Assembly (NCBI GenBank): GCA_051294375.1
Contig: CM119267.1
Span: forward strand, 9,722,339-9,786,338
Length of the DNA: 64,000 bases
Direction: 5' to 3'
Source: Paraspadella gotoi
Taxonomy: Eukaryota > Animalia > Chaetognatha
A program made the translations under genes and the position numbers. Positions within the stretch are counted from its first letter, which is position 1, and every line of letters starts with the position of its first letter. Of this stretch, positions 13,109-25,087 are shown piece by piece. The notes below the pieces were generated by a model. That model was given only the letters and a program-made list of their open reading frames with translations. It searched no databases and was not told where the DNA came from.

Positions 13109-15574
13109 TCACTCGGCGAAGAGATCGACCTGACTATTAATCTCTTGGGGCGTCATCTCACAAAACCATGAATTGTTCAGAGCCTCTTCAGCCGTGATCC
13201 TCTTCGCAGGGTCCAACTCGAGGCAGCGTCGAATCAGTTCACAAGCGACCGGCGAGCCACGACCCTTCAAGGCCGCCTCGATCGACTTGGACCCGGGCGG
13301 ACCGCGCGACTTGTCCTTGAAGTCTTTATTCATCCTGAGGACCCACGACCCTCCTGGGCAGAAACTTGCTCTAGCGCAATCGCACGGGTTGCAGGAGCAG
13401 CGGCAGGAGGCGTTTGGTCCCGAGTCGCAGACGACGTCGCCGCAGAGGCATCGTATTATCAGGTCTTGCGGTACTTTGTTGTTCTTGAGGACGCGCTCGG
13501 GTTTGGTCGCGCGGTCCAGCAGCGGAGGAGGAATGTCGCCGCAGAGTTCGAGGATAGCGACGTATTGATCGCGCGCATCCCGTCCCATAAGCAGCGGAAG
13601 CCCCATGAGTAGTTCCCCCACGACGCACCCGAACGACCACATGTCTACCGGTTTGTCGAAAATGATGCCGAGAAAGACTTCGGGGGCTCGGTAGTAGCGC
13701 GTCTGGGTATACTCGGAGGGGACCTCGCCCGAGTTGAAGGCGTGACCCAAGTCAATGATTTTGACCCCGCGGTTATTGAGCTGGCGAGAAAAGGGTGAGA
13801 GCGGCATTAATGGGGTGATAAAGGGTGAATAAATAGAGAGGAAAAGCGAGAAATTATCCATTTATTCAAATAGATAAGTGTGGGTTAAATACCTTTCCAT
13901 CCGTCTCACAAGATGGTAACCTCGCACGACTTAGCTAGCTTTCAATTCGGACTTTCACAGTCTACATAATTAAATTCGCTCCCAGAGTACCTGGCTTCCC
14001 TGAAGTGGCCTGATTTTTTTTATGAAATGTTTCATATCACTACTATAATATACTATGGGAGAAATATAGTCATTAAAAGAGCCGAAGAGGAAGAAAGGTA
14101 TGGAAAAAAAAAAAGAAAAGTGAGAATAGCAGAAAAGAATAAAAAAAAATCAAAGAATTAATAATTAATTGGGGTAAATGAAAAAATTAACAAATTTAAA
14201 TTACCTTCAGGGCAATATTGGGAGGCTTCAGGTCGCAGTGAACGATATTCCTTTCGTGGAGATATTTGACACCCTGAAGCAGCGAGTATGCCACACGCCT
14301 GGAGATTGGTTCGGGAAACCCAACACGCTTATTCTTTGAAATCACTTCGTGGAGATCCTGTCCCAATAGCTCAAAGGCGAAGACGAAGTGACCCCGGAAG
14401 TTTGAGGCTATGGATAACAGGCGGACCACGTTGGCTTCGCCGTATGGATCGTCGAAGGCCAGGCGTCTCAACAGGCTGATCTCAGTATTCGACCGTTCAA
14501 AAATGTCTGGAACGTTGCGGCAAATTTTGACGGCCACGGAAAAGGACTTTTTGTGGTCGTAAGCCTTAAAGACTTGGGAGAATCCGCCTTCGCCTGTAGA
14601 GAGAACAAAGGATAAAAGCCAGGAAATGTACTTGACAAGAAAGAACATGCATTATACAAAATAAAAAAGTCAGACTATTTTGTTTAAATAATTATAATGA
14701 AATAATGGTAAAGAAGTTTTAGCGATATATGCTATATATAATTATATATGTTTATACTATATTTATACTATATATATATTATATATACACTATATATAGT
14801 ATATATTATAGTTAAAGCGAATGGTTCCGTGGGTGAGATAGATAGTTTAGTCAAATTTCTATTTGTCTGCGAGAGATCTATTGGTTAGACATATTTATAA
14901 GGAATTAAATATTTGAATTATTCCATCACTTGATTAGTTAATTTTTTATTCATTAATTAGTATATTATTCCTTTCTTTTTCGTTGGTTTAGAATTTGAGA
15001 TATGTCGCGAAAACAATAGAAAAGTTTTCTTATCTCTATCTTGTGTTATTACTTCTTAACAGAATAATCGTTAATTAAAAATATTGTCTAACATAAACTT
15101 TTCCCTCCCAATCCCACTGAAAATAAATTTTCCTTGAGCACAAAAAAAATATTTTCAAGTACCGCTTCCAGAATTGTAAAAAAAAAAATCTATTGAAACA
15201 TCTTACTTCTCAGAAAAAAAAGCTTTCCGAACTCGAGCTTCACCCCACCCCCAAACTAGAAGAAAAAAAAGCCGAAATCGCTCCAAAAAAAACAACAAAA
15301 ACAAAAACAAAAACTCACCCAAAAGTGACTGAATCTGGAACCGGAAAAGGACGTGATCCCCGAGCAGATATCTGTAAAAATGGTTGTGATCGGTAAAAAT
15401 TATGAGGCCGTCTCGTACGAAGTGAGATTCTTTTTCGGCCGGAGTGAGACCCTGAAAGCAAGTTTCGGGACATCGTCTCGCCTCCTCCACTTCCCAGTCG
15501 GCAAGGATTAAGGACTTAGCAGGAGTTTGGGAACCGGGAACGTTTTCTGGATGGCGTTTTTCTGGGCTTTTCAT
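13109..15574 (-). CDS. Class II DYRK-like (DYRK2/3/4-type) kinase, paralogue A (~438 aa, 3 exons)
   Basis: Exons 15574-15319, 14593-14205, 13780-13109, all GT-AG with consistent phases (1, 0). Motifs: degenerate DH box (HNHFYRYLLGDHVLFRFQI), GEGGFSQV, VAVK, alphaC Glu, HCDLKPPN, DLG, EYTQTRYYRAPE, DMWSFGC, and RGPPGSK, which I recall as DYRK2/3-type. Confidence 0.92.
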
Positions 15575-15951
15575 GATGAAGGTTTACAGTTTTCGCGCTT
15601 AAATAATTATCATGCGGTGAGAAAAATTTTTGAAAGATTTTTCGATGTGATTTCGTCAGGAAAGGTTTTCGTGTAATGATCCAAGACAACAGAGGCGAGA
15701 AGACTAAAACTAAGGACAACAATAACAATTGGTCATTTTGGCGGTCAATCACGATCAGAGTTATGTTGGTGGGTCAATTTCCACCGGCCACGAAACGATT
15801 TTGAAGAGTTAAAAGACTTTTTCGTCGTCGTCGTCGTTTTGACCGTCGCCTTGGTCTAAGTTTAAATCATGGACGGCGAACCAAGATGTTCTTGCCGGGA
15901 AAAAAAAAAGCTGTTGTCCTGGCGTTAACGGTTAAAGGTCAGTTAGGTTTT

Positions 15952-16004
<53 letters not shown>

Positions 16005-17034
16005 ACAGATTCATATTTAAATTATATATGCTATCACAGAAACCAGAAAGGGGGGCGAAAAAAAGTCGCGGGCAATCAAAGTCTCCTGAGAAAATGGTCA
16101 ATTTTTCCCGGTTTTTGACTCAATATCTCGAGCGCTTTAGTTAATAAAACTCAATACGCTTAGTTTTTTTTCTTTATTTTTTTTGGGTGGGGGTTCTATT
16201 TATATCTTGTATCTTTCTACTTCTTTCTCTTTTATAATATTACGGACTTTATTAATTCATTGATTAGTAAATTAATAAAAATGATGAAATGAAGGTCATT
16301 AAATTCATAACTAGTAATTAATTTTAATATTTTTGTCATTTAAGTAAGTAGATTTATTCCGTTTCGTGAACTTTAACAAAATGGGTTTTTATTTCGTTCC
16401 TTTGGCTAACAAAAAATGAAAAAATAAATTATCAAGTATGTGTTTTTTATTGATTCTGGAAACGTAGCAGCAACAACAAAAATTTTGCTGCATATAAATC
16501 AAAAACATTATAATAACAGAAATAGTTTCGAGTAATAATGGAACAACAGTTCTATACAATATACGAGAAATAGTCCAAGGACCATTTTCAAATTTAAAGA
16601 TTAAAATCAGTGAACGCAAAGAGAATAACTTGAAAGAAAAATAAAGTGAATTAAAGAAAAAAAAAAAGATAATTAGGTGACCGAGAAAGAAACTTGAAAG
16701 AGATTAAATTTGTAATAGGATATAAAAACACTACGCCTGGGATGAGGTGTTCCCCCTCTGAGCCAATGGATTTGGCTGAAGGATGGTGGACGTGAGGTGG
16801 CGTGAATATACCGCAAACAACACAAAAACCAAACTTAACAATTAAAAATTTAAAAAATTTAAAAATGAAATAAATAAAAAAATATTAAGAAGTTACAAAA
16901 AAAGAGAATAGAAAGGCGTTCGTAAGACAAGTAAAATACTGCCTCTGAAATGGACGGAATATTTTGTTTGGTGACAATCGAAGGTTACAATAATAAATAA
17001 TTTCATTCATTGCTGGGATCAAGAACGTTGAAGT

Positions 17035-17667
17035 TCACTCAGCGAAGAGATCCACGTGGCCTCTCCTCTCGTCCCTCCTCATCGCCCCGAACCAGGGATG
17101 ATCCAGCGCCTCTTTGGCCTTCATCCGCAAATTTGGCTCTAACTCGAGGCAGCGTCGAATCAGATCGGAAATAATCGGCGTGGTGCGGCCCTTCATGGCC
17201 GCCTCCAGCGTCTTGGACCCGGGCGGACCACGCCATTTGTCCCAATCGCAGGACTTGCCGCGGCATTTGCAGCGCAACACGGTGTAGAGGGGCGTTTCTT
17301 CGTCGTATAAGGCTCTCTCTGGTGTCGTCGCCCGCTGCACCAGAGAAGCAGGAAAGTCGCCGCAGAGCTCGAAGATGGCGTTTACTTGGTCGAAATCGCC
17401 TCTAGACTTCAGCAGCGGTTGCCCCGTGAGCAGCTCCGCCACGATGCAGCCGTAGGACCAAATGTCGATGGGTTTGCAGTAGGCGACGCCGAGGAAAACC
17501 TCAGGCGAGCGATAATTGAGCGTTTGGAACCACACGTGGGGCTGCCTGGGGGAGAAGAAGGCGTGGCCCAGATCGAGGATTTTGACGCCGCGATTGTCAG
17601 GCTGTAATTAGAAAGAGGGTGTTAACAGAGAAGGAAGGGAAAAAGAATGAATGAATGAATAAATGAA

Positions 17668-17734
<67 letters not shown>

Positions 17735-19927
17735 ATTAAATTTAAAAAAATAAAAAAAATAAAAGATATAAAAATAAATAAATAAATAAATAAATTAAAT
17801 TTAAAAAAATAAAAAAAATAAAAGATATAAAAATAAATAAATAAATAAATAAATGAATAAATAATAAATAAATAAAAAATATAAAAAATAAAATAAATAA
17901 ATAAAAAACTAAAAAATTATGGTGGACTAAAATCCACCAACCGTTCATCAGCGGCCATTGGTGCCGGAGGCAAGTCATTCGCCTCCCAACCCAAAGGTCC
18001 GGGATTCTAGCCCGGTGGCCGCCTAGCAGTTAAGAGGGACGGGGCGCTTAAACCGCCTGTAATACGGTGTTACAGCCTGATCCGAAGCTGTCACTAACAC
18101 ATAATAATAATCACCGTCTCTTCAAAATAAAAAATAAAAAAATAAATAAATAATGAATTTATGATTGAATAAAAGGAGGAATGTTTAAATAAATAAAATA
18201 ACTGCAGAATTGAAGAAATTAAAACCAATTACCCTTACCCGGAGGGCGAGATTGTACGGCTTCAGATCGCTGTGGACGATCCCCTTGCTGTGCAGATACT
18301 CCACTCCCTGCAACAGCGAGAAGGCCATTCGTCTGGCAACTTTTTCCGAGAGCCCTTTCTTGTTCGTTTTTTCGATCACATCGTAGAGATTGTTCTTCAA
18401 GACTTCGAAGGCGAGAACAGGGTGGCCCCTGAAATCGTTATTGTAGGACAAGAGGCGCACAACGCTGGAGCGGCCACGCGGGTCTTCGGCAATGGGCGCC
18501 AGAAGGCGTACCTCGTCTTTCGTCAGTGCCGCGACGCCGGGTCTGCTGCATGGAATCTTCAGTGCGACGGTTCTGGACTTTTTGTGATCGTAGGCTTCGT
18601 ATACTTGGCCGAAAGCGCCATGGCCTGGGGGGGGGGGAAGGGGAGAAAATAATTTAGAGTCAAAAGGGTTCCTCATTATTAATGATAGATTACTAAAATT
18701 TTTACTATCCGCAAACTTTTTTTAACTTTTAATGCGTGGATCATCAGTATCTGACAAGTATTATTAAGTAGATACCTCACTCGAGAGCCAATATTAGTTT
18801 TTTTTTTATATATATATATTTTTATGCCGGTCCCTGGAGGATGATATCAATATTCACTTGCAAAAAACCGTTTTTAAATTCCTACAATGGTTTCCGACAT
18901 ATAGTCATAAACGTCAGCCTCGAAAGGCAAAATTTGTCGGAATAAAATTTTCGAGTTTCTTCTTAGATTTTTGATACGCTAGTACAAACTATTTAAAAAA
19001 AAAGAGAAAACGTTTGCTGATTTCTTCCAGCATAATCCATAAATGTGTAAGACGATGGGTACACCTGAAAGTGATATGTCTCTAGGTCTACTTTAGGTTT
19101 TATTTTAAAATTTAGGTATTGTACCAATAGGATAAATTGAGATACTCCCGCTTTGCCGAAATTTTTATTTAACAAAGATTTGTACTGCGTAGTTCAAATC
19201 CTTAGTTCTCTAACGGTTAAAAAAATTATTTTCTTGAATAACTTTGGAAAGAAAAGAGGAAGGAATGTGGGTGAGGTATTAAATTAAAGCCCTAATTATG
19301 GGATACCTCTCTAAAATAGTTTTAATAAATTTTTTCCATAAATCTTTACAAAGTTTTTATTTAAATCGGAGTTAAAAGTATAACAGTTTTTTGCATTAAA
19401 AATTTTAATGAAGGCACGTGAATTTTTTTTCTTCTTTCGTAATTTGAAAAAGGAAAGACTAAATTACATTTTGATTACCATTAAATCGAATTGCTTATGA
19501 TCAAGGCGTTTTTTTTTACGTCCTTGGGGGAAAACAGAAAATCGGATAGAGCCGCACCAGAGTGAGTTACAGCTACAGGTTACAGTTACAGCTACAGTTA
19601 CAGGTCTCTAGGCGTAACAATACGTAACATACGTCGTTTACACTTAAACATACCGAGAACTCCCAATATCTCGTATCGGAAAAGAACGTGATCTCCTACG
19701 AGATGCCTGTAAAATCCGTTGTCGTCGTCGAAGACAACGAAACCGTCTCGTTCGAAGTGAGCTTGTTTTTTGTCGTAGGAGGGACCAAGGAAGTATTTGA
19801 CCTGGCACCGAAGAGTCTCCTCTTCCTCCCAAGCGGGGATCAAGACGGAGAGATCCTTTTTGGGGCGAGGCTCGTGATTCTGGTTGTAGCGAAGTCGATC
19901 ACGTTTCTCGCGGTTTTTCTTCTTCAT
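17035..19927 (-). CDS. Class II DYRK-like kinase, paralogue B (~408 aa, 3 exons)
   Basis: Exons 19927-19654, 18624-18239, 17601-17035, with the same intron positions and phases as paralogue A; gccATG start context. Motifs: NAPA-like WEEEETLRCQVKYFLG, DH box DDDNGFYRHLVGDHVLFRYEI, GHGAFGQV, VALK, HSDLKPYN, DLGHAF, VWFQTLNYRSPE, DIWSYGC, RGPPGSK. Confidence 0.92.
17646..17905 (+). repeat. (AAAT)n compound microsatellite in DYRK-B intron 2
   Basis: Direct tetranucleotide array with an internal ~60-bp duplication. Confidence 0.9.
17921..18110 (+). mobile_element. tRNA-derived SINE-like element, copy 1 (antisense in DYRK-B intron 2)
   Basis: 17951-18022 folds tRNA-like: perfect acceptor stem GCGGCCA/TGGCCGC, A-box-like TGGTGCCGGAGG, T-arm CCGGG..CCCGG, resembling tRNA-Gly. 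It is followed by a body and a (TAA)n tail. A diverged second copy lies at ~28104. Confidence 0.7.
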
Positions 19928-21004
19928 GGCGACGGGTTTTTTTTTAGCTGGCGCTGTACTCTGTTTACACTGTGTACGCTGTTTGCTGTGTACAGTTTAC
20001 TAGAATTGACAATTTCGAGAGCGTATATTTCGTTATTCGGTTACTAGGAAGGCGGAGTTTAGATTATATTAAGTCATTGTCCAGATTTAGACATTAGATT
20101 CTATTTAAACGTCGAAAATCGAGAATCGTATCTCGTGAAAAAAAAAGTTTCGATGTCTCATAGACAAATAGTCGAATGGGGAGTAAAGGATCGATGGGTC
20201 AATGTATCGAAAGAGGAGGAAGAGGAGGAGAAAAAGTTGGAGTCGGTGGAATCAGTGAAATCGAACACCCTCGGTATCGGCGTCGTACTCGAGGTTATCG
20301 TCGTTATTGTCGTCGTCGTCGTCGTCGCCGTCCTTCTTTAACTTTTCTTTCGACGCCATAGTTTTATCTTCCTCATATGTTTTATATAAGATATTTTAGC
20401 GACTTCCTGCCATTTTCAGCTATCGATTATCGGGTTTCAATTACATAGTTAAAATCTAAGCGTCATCTTTCGCCTTCTGTCATTGTAGTTTTTCTCTCAC
20501 TGTTAAATTCTTTCTCGGTTTTTCGTCGTCACCGCCGTGCGCCGTCGCCATCGTCGTCGGGGCCGCTGCCAGCGCCGCCGCCGTAGCCGCCGCAGCCGCT
20601 GTTGTCGTTTTGTCGTTTTGTTACATTGTCTTTCAAGATGCTTTGATTCAATTTTGTTTGTCAATATAGAAACAATTAACTAAAGAAAAAAAAGGACAAC
20701 AAAGAAACAAAAACAAAAGAAACGAAACAAAGTAAAAAAAGAAACAAAGAAACGATTAAAGAAAGAAAGAAAGAATGAGAGAAAATGGTCAGGAGTGCCT
20801 AGGTGTTTCTGCCTATTCTATCATACATTGGGGGACAATTTTAGTAATAACATAAGCCTTACTTAGTATACATTTGAAAACAACGTATATAAATTTTCAT
20901 TGAATTTTTTTAATGAAGATTTAAATCCCTCTGTTTAAAAAATAAACCCTTTTCTTACATACATCAAAACTATTCTAATTATTCCAAGCATTTCATTTTC
21001 ATTT

Positions 21005-21131
<127 letters not shown>

Positions 21132-21819
21132 ACTTCTTTCCTTGATCGCGATTCCTTTGTTTCTCGATCGAACCCCATAGAGAGTTCACAAGAGGAAGAG
21201 GAAGAGGAAGAGGAAGAGGAAGAGAAAGATAGGGAAAGAGCATTTGTCCTGGTCAGTGGTCAAATAAATCGTCCAAACTTGCCAGCCTGTCAACCTGCCA
21301 ACCAGCCAACATACCAGCCTGCCAACATGCCAGCCTGCCACGCTCCGATCTATATTCATTCTAAAACGAAATCTGTTTTTCTGTCGAGTCTCCTAATCAA
21401 ATATACATCACAAAGACTTGTTTTTCTTCAATTCTTTGGATTCGTTACAAAGTTTTTTTGCAATAAAAAGTAAGAAAGAAGCTAGTTTTAAAAAAAGCTT
21501 GCGACATTGAACTTGAACAGATATTGAGTCTTATCTAATTTAATGGCAATTTTTCTTTTCAGCTCGTGATAGCAGGACTGTGGAATTAACCTCGAGATTT
21601 CTTTAAAAAAATGTAACATTATGGTCTTCTAAGAACTCTCTGTGTGGGTTCGCATACAAAGAAAAAAAATCTCCCACTCTTCCCCGAACCAACCAATCAA
21701 CATCAGCCCCTTCGTCCCGCCTTTTTCTTAAGCGGCGTCTCTTTGCTGACTTCCGGTTATTGAAGGATTTAAGACAAAAGGATTCCGTTTTCTTCGATTC
21801 CATCGCAGCTGCCGAGGAA

Positions 21820-21851
<32 letters not shown>

Positions 21852-22388
21852 CGAATACAACGTTGACGACGATAACGACGACGATGAACCTTCTTTCGGT
21901 TTTGTTCTCAATTTCGATTTTATTGTTTTACAAAAACTATTGTTAAACATTTGGAATTGACGATTCGAGTAATAAAACTCTCCTTTTTATAATTGTTAAT
22001 TATCATCTAGCTCCGTTAGCATTAATTTGTATAAACTTTCCTTTTCGACAAATATGATGTGATATTATTTAGTTTAACCAATGACCAGTGTCGTAGATTT
22101 TTTTGTTGTGAGTATTTGATTTTAAATACTGAAAGCCTTTTCCTTGATTTGTGATGCCGCTCATGTCTTTTTACTAAATTCGCAACCGGATCAGAAAAAG
22201 CTATTAAATTAATTTATAATCCGTTAAAATTAATAAATCGTTTACGTCTACAAACTTGATTCATCGTCGAAGGAAAAAAAGACGATGACGAATGAGTTGA
22301 ACCTAAGAAAGCAGTTGGATTTCTTTCCTTGACTTTCTTTCTTTTATTTATTTCTTTGATTTCTTTGATTCTTTATTTCTTTCCAAGT

Positions 22389-22567
22389 TTTTTAGTTGCG
22401 ACGCGAGTACTCGCGGAGCAACTTTATAAGTCACTTTTCGGTCGGTCTGTCGGTCGGTCAGTATGTCTGTCCGTCGGTCTGTCCCACTGACGCTAAAAAT
22501 ATCATAACTCGCCTATAGCTCATTTGTTAAGACAGAAAAAAACATCAAATCTAAGTCACTGCGGCGC
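22389..22567 (+). mobile_element. HINE/DINE-1-like non-autonomous (Helentron-associated) repeat fragment, copy 1
   Basis: T-run followed by palindrome GTTGCGACGCGAGTACTCGCGGAGCAAC, TATAAG, then a (GGTC/TGTC)n microsatellite. Related sequence at 44569-44740. Confidence 0.55.
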
Positions 22568-23519
22568 AACACATTGGATGGACCGATCTAGTTCTATTTT
22601 TCGATGTCTCTTTGTTTTTTGTTTTTTGTTTCTGTTTTTTGTATCTTTATTTTCATCTTTTTAGTATCTTTCTTTCTTTCTTCATTTCTTCGTATCTTTC
22701 TTTCTTTCAATATTTCTTTCATTAATTTCTTTCCACTTTTTTCCCCATTTATTTTTTTACTATTTTTTTTCTTTTTTCGTTTTCTTTTTGTTTTCTCTTT
22801 CTGTATATTATATATTCTTTATAATCTCATATTTTCTCTTCCGTAAATAGTACTTTTTTCATATCTTATTAAATGGATTCTCATTCGCGTTTCCAATTTT
22901 TTCTTCATATTTCAATTTAATCCCATTTCTCCTTTCATTCCTTTTCATACTTTCCCTCATTTTTCCTTCTTTTTTCTTCCTTCCCTTCGTCAAAAGGGGA
23001 TTTTCTTCTCTTTCCTCCTTCCATAAAATCTTCCGCGTTTTTGCCTTTATAGGTCAACGTCGTACATCAGCCTTCGAGGAAAGGANNNNNNNNNNNNNNN
23101 NNNNNNNNNNNNNNNNNNNNNNNNNNNNNNNNNNNNNNNNNNNNNNNNNNNNNNNNNNNNNNNNNNNNNNNNNNNNNNNNNNNNNNNNNNNNNNNNNNNN
23201 NNNNNNNNNNNNNNNNNNNNNNNNNNNNNNNNNNNNNNGAGAGAGAGAGAGAGAGAGAGAGAGACATCGCAGCCAAGAAATTGCGTCCCGATGATGATGT
23301 TATATCCTCGGTCCGTCATGAATATTTTTTCTCGCCTTATTTTTTGTCGTTACCTTCTTCTTTCTATATCCTTCCTCTCCTTCCGTTTCGTTTTTTTCTT
23401 CTTCTCTCTTTTTCTTTCTTCTCCTTCTTCTCCTGCTTCTTCTTCCACCTGCGCCCTTTCCTCCTTTTCCTTCTCTCATAATTCATAACTTATCACTCCT
23501 TCTTTCCATCTTAATTATC

Positions 23520-23731
23520 TTTTTCCTTCTATTTTTCTTCTCTCCTTCCCCCTTTATTTTTATTCTCTCCTTCCTCCTTTATTTTTCTTCTCTCCTTCCC
23601 CCTTTATTTTTCTTCTCTCCTTTCCCCCTTATTTTCCTTCTCTCCTTCCCCATTATTTTCTTCTCTCCTTCCCCTTTATTTTTCTCTCTCCTTCCTTCTT
23701 CTTTATTTCTTATTTCTTCTCTCCTTCTCCC
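23520..23731 (+). repeat. ~26-bp pyrimidine-rich minisatellite
   Basis: TTATTTTTCTTCTCTCCTTCCCCT-like unit repeated about 8 times. Confidence 0.85.
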
Positions 23732-23987
23732 CGAAAACTCACGGCTCCGCATTCCGCATACAAAGACTCGTCGCGCCTTAAATTACTCGGTTTTTTTCCT
23801 TCGCGTCCCTATCGACGGAGGGGGGGGCGGAGGGTGGCGGAGGAGGGGTGGGGGAATCAACGGGGGGGCGGAGGGTACGCAAGAGAGGGGGGGAAAGAAG
23901 AAGATGGAGACGACAGAGGAGGAAAACCTCTCCCCTTCATAACTGGTATTTATGTCACAACGTCAAGAAAGCATTCGTCGTGGCGGG

Positions 23988-24041
<54 letters not shown>

Positions 24042-25035
24042 AGAGAGAAGAGAGAGAGAGAGAGAGGAGAGAAGAGGGAGAGAAAAGGAGGGAAGCAGAG
24101 AGAGAGAGAGCACTTCTAAATCCCCTTCTTTTTTCATATTAGATTCGGATTTTTCTCCTTTTCGTCTCTCAAGGCTCAGGACTTTTTTTTTTCAGTGACG
24201 CCATTAATCATCACGCCTCGTTTTCGTCGTTTTCGTCGTCGTCGTTTTCTTCGTCGTCGTTTTCGTCGTCGCCATTGTCGTTGTTTTTTCGTCGCCATTT
24301 TGTATGTTGACATCCCTAGTCTCACCAGAGAAAAAAAACAAAAACTGTTTTTAGTTGTTGTTATTATCGTTGTTGTATTGTTGTCTTACGACGGATCCTT
24401 GACAAAGCTGAAAAAGTTAGCATCAGTAAAGAAGAGTAAAGATCGTTATCTCCTCGTATGTTTAATGTTAATAAAGCTCACTTAATTTCTCCTAAATAAA
24501 CACGCTTATTTCCTTCGTTGCTAAAATAAAAAATAATCTAATTCAGAATTTAAGATAAAATGGGGTGTTCTCTGAAAATAAGGCCCATTTTCTCATGCCG
24601 CTTGCGAAGTCAGGATATCGCAATATAGCAAAGAGCCTGTTGCAAGCGGGGCGTTGGATAAAGTTCATCGGTAATCACTGATCCTATATAGAAAGCAATT
24701 GTCACAAGCCACCAAGCATTTCCCGACATTTCTCTAGTTCGTTCCGGATTCCCTGTTGCTCAGGGTATTCGCTGCGTGCTCCTCTACGGGTCCCTAATCC
24801 CCGCCGAGCCAGCGCGCCTCGAAGCGTCTCACCACTTGCTTCTCTCTCCCCCGTTAACCGCGCGGGAGGAAAAAAAAAGGTGAAATGATTTCTCAAAACA
24901 TTGAGTCGCGAAAATCGAGGATCGTTTATCATAAAGAGACGCTCGCGGAGTTTGGAAAGATGTTTGCAGATCAAGAAGAGCAGACGAATTTATAAAGACG
25001 GTAAACTCTCTTTGACAGGGAAGAGAGGAGAGAGG

Positions 25036-25087
<52 letters not shown>

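Noticed and set aside
24761-24815. HDV-like ribozyme resemblance (P3 CGT/ACG with loop GCTCCTCT; P2 CGCTG/CAGCG)
   Set aside because: P1 pairs poorly, there is no GG for P1.1 and no P4; insufficient without a covariance-model hit.
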